64,000 nucleotides of DNA from contig CAVZKY010000035.1 of the NCBI GenBank assembly GCA_963775825.1, forward strand, positions 2,542 to 66,541, in the 5' to 3' direction. The first letter of the stretch is position 1. Each line of letters starts with the position of its first letter. Source of the stretch: an uncultured Actinomycetes bacterium (GTDB lineage Bacteria > Actinomycetota > Actinomycetes > Streptosporangiales > Streptosporangiaceae). Below are positions 29,189 through 38,089 of the stretch, piece by piece. The notes beneath the pieces were generated by a model that was not told the origin of the DNA, searched no databases, and saw nothing but the letters and a program-made list of their open reading frames with translations. The translations under genes and the position numbers were made by a program.

Positions 29189-29830
29189 TCAGGGGCCGCT
29201 GTAGGCGGGGCGGAGTGCGCGCTCGGGGACCCGGGCCGGGGTCATGGAGCCCAGCAGGCGCTCCAGGGCCACCTCGACGTCCTCACGCCAGGACATCGCC
29301 GTTTTCAGCTCCAGCCGGAGCCGTGGGTAGTGGTGGTGCGGGCGGACGGTCTTGAAGCCGACCGCGAGCAGATAATCGGCGGGCAGCATGCAGGAGTGCG
29401 GCTCCCAGTCGTGGACCCCGAAAGCTTCGATAGCCTTCACCCCGCGCCGGGTGAGGTCCTTGGCCATGCCTTGCACGAGCATGCGGCCGAGCCCCCCGCT
29501 CGCGAACTCGGTCAGCACATGAGCCGTCATGAGCAGCACGGCGTCCCCGCTCACCGGGCTGGTCGGGAAGGCCACCGAGCGCGGGACATACGGCGGCGGT
29601 GCGTACAGCGCATACCCGGCCGGCGCACCATCCACATAGACGATCTTTCCGCAGCTGCCCCATTCGAGCAGCACCGAGGAGACCCACGACTCCTTCTCCA
29701 GGGCCGGCTCCCCGGCGTCGGCGGCCCTCGCCCCGCCGATCGGGTCCAGCTCCCAGAAGACGCAGCCGCGACACCTCGGCGGCAGATCGTCGAGGTTATC
29801 AAGCGTGATATTGGCGAGTCGGCGCGACAC
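29189..29830 (-). CDS. GNAT-family N-acetyltransferase-like protein
   Basis: CRGCVFWELD..., then VLLMTAHVLTEFASGGLGRMLVQGMAKDLTRRGVKAIEAF, an acetyl-CoA-binding-like Q/RxxGxG/A motif. Start is GTG 29830, and the ORF is open to 29896. Confidence 0.6.
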   Translation of the reverse strand: MSRRLANITLDNLDDLPPRCRGCVFWELDPIGGARAADAGEPALEKESWVSSVLLEWGSCGKIVYVDGAPAGYALYAPPPYVPRSVAFPTSPVSGDAVLLMTAHVLTEFASGGLGRMLVQGMAKDLTRRGVKAIEAFGVHDWEPHSCMLPADYLLAVGFKTVRPHHHYPRLRLELKTAMSWREDVEVALERLLGSMTPARVPERALRPAYSGP

Positions 29831-29954
29831 CTGGCCCCCAGAGTTTCGAATGCCCCCATTCTGGAGGCATGCGCGCGTCCTATCCGCAAGCTTCACAACG
29901 GCACTGTGCTCCCGGCCCTATGCTGGATGATACCGACCGTTGGGAGACGAGGCC

Positions 29955-31277
29955 ATGAGCGAGGGCGCACGGCACGCGAATTCCCGCCGCCAGGGATCAA
30001 GGATTGATCCCTATTTCGACCAGTACGCGGAGCGTGCCCGCGGCATGGTCGCTTCGGAGATCCGGGCTCTGTTCGCCGTAACCGCCCGGCCGGAGATTGT
30101 CTCGCTGGCCGGTGGATCCCCATACGTGACGGCCTTGCCTCTTGACGTCGTTGGCAACATGATTGGCCAGCTGGTCACCGACCGCGGCAGCGTAGCGCTC
30201 CAGTATTGCACCGCTCAGGGTGACGTCGGCCTGCGGGAAAAAATCTGCGAGGTCATGTCCCTGGAGGGCATCCGGGCTCACCCGGACGACGTCGTCGTGA
30301 CCGTCGGCTCGCAGCAGGCGCTCGATCTGATCACCCGGATCTTCGTGGACCCGAATGACGTGGTGCTCGCCGAGGCGCCCTCCTACGTTGGCGCACTCGG
30401 CTCGTTCGCGGCTTATCAGGCCGATGTGGTCCACGTGGCAATGGACGACGACGGGCTCATCCCCGAGGCCCTGGAGGATACGATCCAGCGGCTCACTGCG
30501 GCCGGGCGCCGGATCAAGTTCCTCTACACCGTGCCGAACTACCAGAATCCGGCCGGAGTCACGCTCGCGGCGCAGCGGCGCCCCCGGATCCTTGAGATCT
30601 GCCAGGCTGCCGGGCTGCTCGTCATCGAGGACAACCCTTACGGGCTGCTTGGTTTCGACGGCGAGCCGATGCGCTCGCTGCGTGCCGACGACGCAGAGGG
30701 TGTCGTGTACCTCGGGACGTTCTCCAAGACCTTCGCGCCCGGCGTCCGGGTCGGCTGGGCGGCGGCGCCGCCTGCGATACGCGACAAGCTCGTCCTGGCC
30801 GCCGAGTCCGCCGTGCTCTGCCACTCCAGCTTCTCCCAGCTCGTGGTGTCTGAGTACCTGGCCACCCAGCCCTGGCGCGAGCAGGTCAAGGACTTCCGTG
30901 AGCTGTACCGGCAGCGCCGGGACGCGATGCTGGACGCGCTGGCCGCACAGATGCCCGACGGCTGCCGGTGGACCACCCCGGCGGGCGGCTTCTACGTCTG
31001 GCTGGAGCTCCCCGAAGGCATCAACGCCAAAGCGATGCTCCCGCGGGCGGTTTCTTCCCGGGTGGCGTACGTGCCAGGTACGGGCTTTTACGCGGACGGC
31101 GGCGGTACCGACCATCTCCGGCTGTCCTACTGTTTTCCCCCGCCGGACCGGATCCGGGAAGGCGTCCGCCGGCTGGCGTCGGTCATCGAGGCGGAGATCG
31201 ACCTGTGCGCCACCTTCGGCGCCATGGCCCCGTCCGGCCGGACGGGGCCCGAGACTCCTGGTCCCGGCGACTTGTAA
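29955..31277 (+). CDS. PLP-dependent aminotransferase, class I/II fold (2-aminoadipate/MocR-catalytic-domain-like, no HTH)
   Basis: VTVGSQQALDLI, YTVPNYQNPAGVTL and YLGTFSKTFAPGVRVGW (the SK Lys is the PLP Lys) are typical blocks. Confidence 0.8.
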   Translation: MSEGARHANSRRQGSRIDPYFDQYAERARGMVASEIRALFAVTARPEIVSLAGGSPYVTALPLDVVGNMIGQLVTDRGSVALQYCTAQGDVGLREKICEVMSLEGIRAHPDDVVVTVGSQQALDLITRIFVDPNDVVLAEAPSYVGALGSFAAYQADVVHVAMDDDGLIPEALEDTIQRLTAAGRRIKFLYTVPNYQNPAGVTLAAQRRPRILEICQAAGLLVIEDNPYGLLGFDGEPMRSLRADDAEGVVYLGTFSKTFAPGVRVGWAAAPPAIRDKLVLAAESAVLCHSSFSQLVVSEYLATQPWREQVKDFRELYRQRRDAMLDALAAQMPDGCRWTTPAGGFYVWLELPEGINAKAMLPRAVSSRVAYVPGTGFYADGGGTDHLRLSYCFPPPDRIREGVRRLASVIEAEIDLCATFGAMAPSGRTGPETPGPGDL

Positions 31278-31287
31278 GAGGCCTAAG

Positions 31288-32241
31288 GTGACAGAGCTTG
31301 ATCATGTTGTGGTGCTCGCGGGCGGCCTTTCGCCGGAGCGCGAGGTTTCGCTGCGCTCTGGGCGGCGGGTACGCGACGCCCTGGAGGAAGCAGGCGTCGA
31401 CGCGAGGCTGGCTGACGCCGACGCAGGACTGATCCCGGCCCTGCTCGCCGACCCGCCGTCAGCGGTCTTTCCCGTCATTCACGGAAGTTACGGGGAAGAC
31501 GGTGCGATCAAGGAGATCCTGGCGCTGCTGGGAACTCCGTACGTCGGCTCGGTGGCCAGTGCCTGCCGGAGCGCGTTCGACAAGCCCACCGCCAAGGCGC
31601 TCGTCGGCGCGGCCGGCATCACCACGCCCGAGTCGGTCACGCTCCCCCGGGAGATCTTCCATGATCTGGGGGCCACCGCGGTCATCGACCGCATTATCGC
31701 CCGGCTCGGCCTGCCGCTGTTCGTCAAGCCGGCCCGAGGCGGTTCCTCGTTGGGGGCCAGCCCCGTGCGTTCGGCGGCCGAGCTGCCCACTGCGATCGTC
31801 AGCTGCTTCGCCTACGGCGACACGGCATTCATCGAGCGGTTCATCGAAGGCACAGAGATCGCCGTCAGCGTCGTCGACCTGGGTGACGGGCCGCAGGCCC
31901 TGCCGGCGGTGGAGATCGTCCCCGCCGCCGGGCAGTACGACTACACGGCCAGGTACACCGCGGGCCAGACCGCCTTCTACACCCAGGCCCGGCTGCCCAG
32001 CGCTGCTCTGGACAGCGCCGCCAAGGCCGCTTCGTGCGCCCATGCCGCACTGGGGCTGCGTGACATCTCCCGGACCGATCTCATTGTCAGCCAGTCCGGC
32101 GAGGTCAACTTCCTCGAGGTCAACGTCTCCCCGGGCATGACCGAGACCAGCACGCTGCCCATGGCCCTGGATGCCGCGGGGCATGAATTCGGTGCGGCAT
32201 GCCTGACCCTGCTCCGGCTGGCCGCCGCCCGCGGCGGCTGA
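31288..32241 (+). CDS. ddl: D-alanine--D-alanine ligase family ATP-grasp enzyme (317 aa)
   Basis: VVVLAGGLSPEREVSLRSG, HGSYGEDGAIKEILALLGTPYVGS, FDKPTAKAL, LFVKPARGGSSLG and EVNVSPGMTETS. GTG 31288 follows AAGG. The listed 628-aa ORF is an out-of-frame run-in. Confidence 0.85.
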   Translation: MTELDHVVVLAGGLSPEREVSLRSGRRVRDALEEAGVDARLADADAGLIPALLADPPSAVFPVIHGSYGEDGAIKEILALLGTPYVGSVASACRSAFDKPTAKALVGAAGITTPESVTLPREIFHDLGATAVIDRIIARLGLPLFVKPARGGSSLGASPVRSAAELPTAIVSCFAYGDTAFIERFIEGTEIAVSVVDLGDGPQALPAVEIVPAAGQYDYTARYTAGQTAFYTQARLPSAALDSAAKAASCAHAALGLRDISRTDLIVSQSGEVNFLEVNVSPGMTETSTLPMALDAAGHEFGAACLTLLRLAAARGG

Positions 32242-32405
32242 TCAGGTCCGGACCACCCTGGCCTCCCGAGTGATACCCGTCTGGCCTGCTGCTTCCCTAG
32301 CCGCCCGGGCAGTTGCGCGTATTCGTTCACTCCGGCGCTCTCCGCAGGACCGACATAGCCCCTCACCCCGCGCCGGGTGAGGTCGTCCCACATAAGTTAG
32401 AGGGC

Positions 32406-33446
32406 ATGGCTGATCGGAAGAGTTTCGGGAGCGATAACCATGCGGGAGCGCACGAAGCGGTCCTGAGCGCCGTCATCGAGGCGAACGCCGGCGACGCCAT
32501 GGCGTACGGAGCCGACGAATGGACCGGTCGAGCGACGGCCGAGCTACGCCGTGCCTTTCGGGCGAAGGGTGACGTCTTCCTGGTGTTCAACGGAAGCGCC
32601 GCGAACATCCTCGGGCTGAGCCTGCTGCTGCGCCGACACGAGGCGGTTATCTGCGCGGAGTCCGCGCACATCAACACCGACGAATGCGGTGCCGCGGAAC
32701 GCATTCTCGGTACCAAGCTCCTCACGGTCCCGGTGCCAGACGGCAAGCTCACCCCGGACCTGATCGCCGAGCAGCTCAGTGGGCGCGGCGACGACCACCG
32801 GGCCCAGCCCGGCGTGGTGGCGATCACCCAGGCCACTGAGCTCGGCACCTGCTACACCGTGGCGGAGCTGCGAAAGATCGGGGACTTCTGCCGCATGAAT
32901 GATCTGCGCCTCTACATCGACGGGGCCCGCCTGGCCAACGCCGCCGCCTACCTGGACTGCTCCCTGGCTGAGCTGGCCGATTGCGCGGACGTGCTGAGCT
33001 TCGGCGGCACCAAGAACGGCGCGCTCGGGGCGGAGGCCGTCGTGGTGATGCGCGAGCCATTGTCAGCGGACGCGCCCTATCTGCGGAAGCAGCAGTTGCA
33101 GCTCGCCTCGAAGATGCGGTATCTGGCGGCGCAGTTCCTGGCGCTGACCCAAGACGACCTATGGCGCCGCAGCGCCTCACACGCGAACGAGATGGCCCGC
33201 CGGCTGGCCGCCGCCGTACGGGATGTTCGCGGCGTACACATCTGCTTCCCGGTTCAGTCCGACGCGGTGTTCGCTGAGGTAGACCGGCGTTATATCGAGG
33301 CCCTGCAGCGGGACTGGTTCTTCTACGTGTGGGATGAGAAAGGGTCCATCGTCCGCTGGATGACCGCCTTCGACACGACCGAAGCAGACGTCGACCAGTT
33401 CGCGGCCAGCATCCGGAGTATCGCCGAAGCCGCCGAGCCCGGCTAA
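32406..33446 (+). CDS. Threonine aldolase / beta-eliminating lyase family PLP enzyme
   Basis: FGSDNHAGAHEAVL, NGSAANILGL, ESAHINTDECGA and SFGGTKNGALGAEAVV (the Lys is the PLP Lys). Start at ATG 32406. Confidence 0.75.
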   Translation: MADRKSFGSDNHAGAHEAVLSAVIEANAGDAMAYGADEWTGRATAELRRAFRAKGDVFLVFNGSAANILGLSLLLRRHEAVICAESAHINTDECGAAERILGTKLLTVPVPDGKLTPDLIAEQLSGRGDDHRAQPGVVAITQATELGTCYTVAELRKIGDFCRMNDLRLYIDGARLANAAAYLDCSLAELADCADVLSFGGTKNGALGAEAVVVMREPLSADAPYLRKQQLQLASKMRYLAAQFLALTQDDLWRRSASHANEMARRLAAAVRDVRGVHICFPVQSDAVFAEVDRRYIEALQRDWFFYVWDEKGSIVRWMTAFDTTEADVDQFAASIRSIAEAAEPG

Positions 33447-33466
33447 CGGGAACGGACGCCGACGGC

Positions 33467-33768
33467 TGTGCCGGAGCGAAGCTCCGACCGGCCCAGCGAA
33501 CCCGGGCCGAAGGCCCGGGTGAGCGGCCGGTGCTGTCGGCGGGCACCGCAGCGGGATCTACGGCGAGGCGCTCGTTACCGGCCTAGCGACCCGGGCCCTT
33601 GGGCCCGGTGAGCGGCCGGTGTGTCGGCGATGTACCACCGCGCGGGCGCGAAGCGCATTCGGGGGTTCCGGGGGGTCGCCCCCCGGGTTAGCACTGTCGG
33701 CGAAGTACCACCGCGCGGGCGCGAAGCGCATCGGGGGGTTCCGGGGGTCGCCCCCCCCGGGCTAGCAC
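33467..33768 (+). repeat. Tandem array of four 66-89-bp intergenic modules, each with two GC hairpins (three carry the GCGAAGC mini-hairpin)
   Basis: Modules start at about 33467, 33534, 33622 and 33695, each beginning TGT(G/C)(C/G)GG. Pair A is 33487-33540 and 33577-33628. Pair B is 33622-33694 and 33695-33768, and is near identical. GCGAAGC lies at 33476-33482, 33648-33654 and 33721-33727. Confidence 0.8.
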
Positions 33769-33784
33769 TGTTTCACGTGGAACA
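33769..33784. promoter_or_regulatory. parS-like site TGTTTCACGTGGAACA (one mismatch to the TGTTTCACGTGAAACA palindrome)
   Basis: Direct match. It immediately follows the last repeat module and lies 40 nt downstream of the parB stop. Confidence 0.7.
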
Positions 33785-33823
33785 TGCGCGCCGGATCCAG
33801 CCGGGCCAGGTTCCAGAACGTTG

Positions 33824-34822
33824 TTACTCAGGTGCCGGGGGCGAGACCGTCGGCCCTGGCTCTGGTTCGCGGGACATGGCCTTGACGATACGGTCCAGAT
33901 CATCGAGCGAGGCGAACTCGACCGTGATCTTGCCCTTACGCCGGCCGAGTTCCACCTTGACCCGGGTCTCGAGCGCGTCAGACAGCCGGTCGGCCAGGTC
34001 TCGCAGCCCTGGAGCGACAGGCTTGGCCCCTTGCCGCCGTTGCGGCTTCGCCTGCCCCGCGTCCCCCACAGCCACGATCTCCTCGACCGCCCGTACCGAG
34101 AGGCCCTCGGCCACGATCCGGTGCGCGAGCCGCTCTTGCGCGTCTGGGCTCTCCAGGGACAGCAGCGCGCGAGCGTGCCCAGCGCTCAGCACTCCGGCGG
34201 CGACCCGCTTCTGCACGGCAGGCGGCAGGTTCAGCAGCCGGAGGGTGTTCGAGATGTGCGGACGTGAACGCCCGATTTTCCTGGCCAGCTGCTCGTGGGT
34301 GGCACCGAAATCATCGAGGAGCTGCTGATAGGCCGCCGCCTCTTCGAGCGGGTCGAGCTGCTGCCGGTGCAGGTTCTCGATCAGTGCGTCGCGCAGCAGA
34401 TCGGTGTCGGCGGTTTCCCGGACGATGGCCGGAATCAGCTTGAGGTCGGCTCGCTGGCAGGCTCGCCAGCGCCGCTCGCCCATGATGAGCTCGTAGCGAC
34501 CCGGCATCACCTGGCGGACGACAACCGGCTGGAGGAGGCCGACCTCACGGATGGAAGATGCGAGCTCTTCCAGCGCCTCTTCATCGAAGGTCCGCCGTGG
34601 CTGGCGCGGGTTCGGGGTGATGGCCCCGGTGGGCACCTCCTCGAAATAGGCGCCGACGATGGGCTGGGCGTCCGCCGCGCCGTCCTCCGTGAGGGTGGCG
34701 GCCCGCTGCTCCGGTGTACCACCGGCTCGTGTGCCCGCGGACGAGCCGGCTTCACCGGTCCCCACCGCAGCCGGGATGAGCGCACCGAGTCCTTTGCCGA
34801 GCCCGCGCCTCTGCTGAGTCAC
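33824..34822 (-). CDS. parB: Chromosome partitioning protein ParB
   Basis: [53 protein letters not shown] and the [29 protein letters not shown] 34822 is preceded by AAGGAG. Confidence 0.95.
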   Translation of the reverse strand: MTQQRRGLGKGLGALIPAAVGTGEAGSSAGTRAGGTPEQRAATLTEDGAADAQPIVGAYFEEVPTGAITPNPRQPRRTFDEEALEELASSIREVGLLQPVVVRQVMPGRYELIMGERRWRACQRADLKLIPAIVRETADTDLLRDALIENLHRQQLDPLEEAAAYQQLLDDFGATHEQLARKIGRSRPHISNTLRLLNLPPAVQKRVAAGVLSAGHARALLSLESPDAQERLAHRIVAEGLSVRAVEEIVAVGDAGQAKPQRRQGAKPVAPGLRDLADRLSDALETRVKVELGRRKGKITVEFASLDDLDRIVKAMSREPEPGPTVSPPAPE

Positions 34823-35022
34823 CGCATCTCCTTGCTCCACGCCGTTAACGCCACTGGTTATCCTGCCAGGTGATGCAGGGCCGGGCAGCATCGAAGTGAA
34901 CATGCGGGCTATCCCGGGATCGCCGACGCTGAGCATCACAGACGGCCAGGCCGGACAGCAGGTTCGGGCTACAGTCCGCCGCATCTCCCGGAACCGCGCT
35001 GAACCCCGCGGATCAGGACTGC

Positions 35023-35865
35023 TCAGTCGGGGCCACGCTGGGGATCGTCTTCATGACCGGCTGGCAGAACGGCCGTCCGCACCATGCCGGCAGCCCGGAA
35101 GAGACCGCGGATGTCCTCCCTGACCTGCTCGTCCTGAACCCTGCGTAGCCATTCCCGCGGAGTGGCCCCGACCCGGGTCATCAGGCCCGGAACCTCAGCC
35201 AGCAGCCCGGAGATGAGGGTGGCCTGGTCGGTCAGCCGGCGTGGCTCGCCCTCGGAGTTGATCAGGTGGCCGTGCCGGGACAGGTAAACGCTGCAATCCG
35301 GCACGATTACGCCCGAGATCAGGTACACGCGATAGCGGGACGGCAGGCGAACGCGCCGGTAGTTCGGCTCGGTGGCGTCCATCGCGGTGAGGGCTTCCGG
35401 TCCGAGCCAGACGACCCACAGCTGGGATACGGCGGCTGGATCGGCAACCGGCGTCGCCGGCACGTATCCCGGTCTGCTGACGTGCGCGGATACTCCCACC
35501 GCCAGACCATGGACCTGTACCGCCGCCATCGGCAGAACCGTGGGCAGGCCCGCGTTGGTCATCTTGCGCCGTACCTGGGCCGGTGACGCGTTCGAACCAA
35601 CCGCGAGAACCGGCGTCCGCTGGCTGAGAGGCGGTCCCCCCGCGTCGCGGAGGAAGCGGTCAAGCGGGGTGTCTGGGCCGGCCAGCTCAGCCCTGCGGGT
35701 GCGTCCCGCCCGCCGGACCGGCCATTCACCGGGGGGTGCCGTCCGCAGGGGCATGACGTCCAGCACAGCCGTGCCGGTGACCAGGACCGCCGCCCGCCGG
35801 GGCGGGAGGCCAGGATAGGTCAGCGGGGCCGTCAGCGGATCCGTCCCGCTCTCCGCATCCACCAT
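35023..35865 (-). CDS. Hypothetical protein with a gamma-glutamylcyclotransferase (GGCT/AIG2)-like core, inserted between parA and parB
   Basis: [16 protein letters not shown] resembles the YGSN motif. [17 protein letters not shown] resembles the D..E..Y.R..V motif of GGCT-like folds. ATG 35865 lies 9 nt after GGAGG. Good GC3. Confidence 0.5.
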   Translation of the reverse strand: MVDAESGTDPLTAPLTYPGLPPRRAAVLVTGTAVLDVMPLRTAPPGEWPVRRAGRTRRAELAGPDTPLDRFLRDAGGPPLSQRTPVLAVGSNASPAQVRRKMTNAGLPTVLPMAAVQVHGLAVGVSAHVSRPGYVPATPVADPAAVSQLWVVWLGPEALTAMDATEPNYRRVRLPSRYRVYLISGVIVPDCSVYLSRHGHLINSEGEPRRLTDQATLISGLLAEVPGLMTRVGATPREWLRRVQDEQVREDIRGLFRAAGMVRTAVLPAGHEDDPQRGPD

Positions 35866-35962
35866 GGCCACCAGCCTCCGGAAAGCCCCGTGCTCATGCC
35901 ACTCCGGGTGCCCGGTCTGTGCTGGCGGCCCACGTCATCGGGGGGCCGCCCGGGGCCCCTTC

Positions 35963-37420
35963 TTACCGTGGCGCTGCCGGATGACGCTGAGACAGTTCCC
36001 GCGCCGCCTCGACGTACGCTAGCGAGCCGCTGGAGCCGGGGTCGTAGGTGATGACGGACTGGCCGTAGCTGGGGGCTTCGGACACACGAACACTGCGCGG
36101 GATGATCGACTGCAGCACCACATCGCCAAAGTGGGACCGCACGTCGTCCGCGACCTGGGAGGCGAGCCGGGTCCGGCCGTCATACATCGTCAGCAGGATG
36201 GTCGTGACCTGCAGCAGCCCGTTCAGGTGGGCCTTGACCAGGTCAACGGTCCTGAGCAACTGCTCGAGGCCCTCCAGGGCGTAGTACTCGCACTGAATGG
36301 GGATCAGCACTTCCCGGGCCGCGACCAAGGCGTTGAGGGTCAGCAGCCCAAGCGAGGGGGGGCAGTCGATAAGGATGTAGTCGAGACCTGAGGAATCGTA
36401 GGCCGCCACCGCTCGGGCCAGCCTGCCCTCACGCGCGACGAGGGGAACGAGTTCGATCTCGGCTCCGGCCAGGTCGATGGTAGCCGGGGCACAGTACAGG
36501 CCGGGCAGGCCCTCAACGGGCTTGACGATGTCGGCCAGCGGCCGGTCCTCCACGAGCGTGTTGTAAACCGACGGTGTTCCCACGCAATGATCGACGTCCA
36601 GAGCGGTGGAGGCGTTCCCTTGCGGGTCAAGGTCCACCACGAGAACACGTGAACCGTGCTGTGCCAGGCTGGCCGCCAGATTCACCGCGGTGGTGGTCTT
36701 GCCGACACCACCCTTCTGGTTGGCGATCGTCATGATCCGGCAGCTGGCCGGGTGGAGCCACTGACGGTCGTCACCGGCACCACGCGCTCCCACCACGGCT
36801 TCTGCGGCACGGGCGATCGGGGTGTCCCGTGAATTCTGCGGGACCTCCGGTATCACGACCGAGCCGACGTCGCCTTGGCCCTGCGCCGCCGTTCCCCCTT
36901 GCATCGCGTCCTCCACTACGTTCCCGGTCGGTGCGTGCACCGTAGGTCTGGCGACTGAGAAATGTGCAGTTTCACGTGAAACTGCCGACAGTGCTTGCTC
37001 TGTCCCGGCAGCACCAGGCCCAGCGGGTGAGCTTGTACCGTTCGGCCTTTCAGCGGGCACCGGAGCAGCCGGCCCGGTGGCCGCCCCTGACCATTCGCCC
37101 CCTGGGGCCGGACCCAGGAGTTCACCGGCGCCGGTCAGCAGACCGAGCGGCCAGCCGAGCCCTCCAGCAACCGGCACACCGTCTGCCCCGTCCGGTATCT
37201 GCGCCAGCTCTGGGCCCTCCGGCTCAGCGTGCCCGTGGTGAAGTCCGGGTGGCTCGGAGTACGTCACGGACGCGGGGCGATCAGGCCACCCAAGGCCCTT
37301 GGCTGGGACCATCACGCTGCTCCTCTCCGCATCCAGCACAGCCGCCGGACATCCTGCCGTCAGCGCGCAACTCCGGTCGCCGCCGGGGCCGGTGACCACC
37401 GCGGTGCGCTCGCTGCCCAC
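35963..37420 (-). CDS. parA: Chromosome partitioning ATPase ParA (Soj) with a long N-terminal extension; start uncertain
   Basis: IMTIANQKGGVGKTTTAVNLAASLA is the deviant Walker A. VLVVDLDPQGNAS, DYILIDCPPSLGLLTLNAL and IPRSVRVSEAPSYGQSV are also present. The Walker A is residue 236 of the maximal ORF. Confidence 0.9.
   Translation of the reverse strand: MGSERTAVVTGPGGDRSCALTAGCPAAVLDAERSSVMVPAKGLGWPDRPASVTYSEPPGLHHGHAEPEGPELAQIPDGADGVPVAGGLGWPLGLLTGAGELLGPAPGGEWSGAATGPAAPVPAERPNGTSSPAGPGAAGTEQALSAVSRETAHFSVARPTVHAPTGNVVEDAMQGGTAAQGQGDVGSVVIPEVPQNSRDTPIARAAEAVVGARGAGDDRQWLHPASCRIMTIANQKGGVGKTTTAVNLAASLAQHGSRVLVVDLDPQGNASTALDVDHCVGTPSVYNTLVEDRPLADIVKPVEGLPGLYCAPATIDLAGAEIELVPLVAREGRLARAVAAYDSSGLDYILIDCPPSLGLLTLNALVAAREVLIPIQCEYYALEGLEQLLRTVDLVKAHLNGLLQVTTILLTMYDGRTRLASQVADDVRSHFGDVVLQSIIPRSVRVSEAPSYGQSVITYDPGSSGSLAYVEAARELSQRHPAAPR
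36968..36983. promoter_or_regulatory. Perfect parS core (aGTTTCACGTGAAACt) inside the parA 5' region
   Basis: A 14-bp perfect palindrome at 36969-36982. It encodes VSRETAHF in the parA frame, the VSRET signature seen in actinobacterial ParA N-termini. Confidence 0.8.
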
Positions 37421-37438
37421 CGCTAAGGATGCCCAGCT

Positions 37439-38089
37439 TCAACGCCTCGGCGTCTTGTCTGCCGTCAGGATACGGACGACCGTTGCCGGTGGTTCGACGA
37501 TACCGTGACCCACCCTCAGAACTTCAGCGCTCCGTACTCTCAGCCGTCGCAGCACCGGGGCGGCCTCATCAATCTCGGCGGGCGCCTGCTCTCCCTTGAG
37601 CGCCAGGATTGTTCCGCCTGGCCGGATGACCCCAACCGAGAGCTGCACGAGCCGGTCCAGCGGAGCGACAGCCCGGGACGTGGCCACGTCGGCACGAAAC
37701 ACCCCGGCCATTTCCTCGGCCCGGCCACGGTGGACGGTGACGTTACCAAGGCCGAGCTCGGCGATGCATTCGTCGAGAAACGTGGTGCGCCGGAGCATGG
37801 GCTCCAGGAGGGTCATCTGAACCCGCGGGCACAGCATCGCGATGACCAGGCCCGGCAGCCCAGCGCCGGAGCCGATGTCAACCACCCTGGCGGCCGGCGG
37901 CACCAGCTCCGCGACCATCGCACAGTTCAGCAGGTGCCGCTCCCACAGACGCGGGATCTCGCGCGGCCCGAGCAGCCCCCGCTCGACCCCATCAGTGGCC
38001 AGCAGCGACACGAAGCGGCAGGCAAGATCGAGGGCGGGACCGAATACCTTGGCCGCGGCGTCAGGAGGGGCCGGGGCAGCGGAGCTCAT
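37439..38089 (-). CDS. rsmG: 16S rRNA (guanine527-N7)-methyltransferase RsmG (GidB)
   Basis: LWERHLLNC, VVDIGSGAGLPGLVIA (SAM motif) and TLLEPMLRRTTFL. Confidence 0.9.
   Translation of the reverse strand: MSSAAPAPPDAAAKVFGPALDLACRFVSLLATDGVERGLLGPREIPRLWERHLLNCAMVAELVPPAARVVDIGSGAGLPGLVIAMLCPRVQMTLLEPMLRRTTFLDECIAELGLGNVTVHRGRAEEMAGVFRADVATSRAVAPLDRLVQLSVGVIRPGGTILALKGEQAPAEIDEAAPVLRRLRVRSAEVLRVGHGIVEPPATVVRILTADKTPRR

Noticed and set aside
30355-32241. 628-aa ORF suggesting a large fusion protein
   Set aside because: Only the last 317 codons (from GTG 31288) are Ddl. The upstream part is an out-of-frame read-through of the aminotransferase gene, whose own frame ends at 31277.
33621-34328. 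235-aa plus-strand ORF starting in the repeat array
   Set aside because: It begins inside the non-coding hairpin modules and then runs antisense through parB. It has no motifs.
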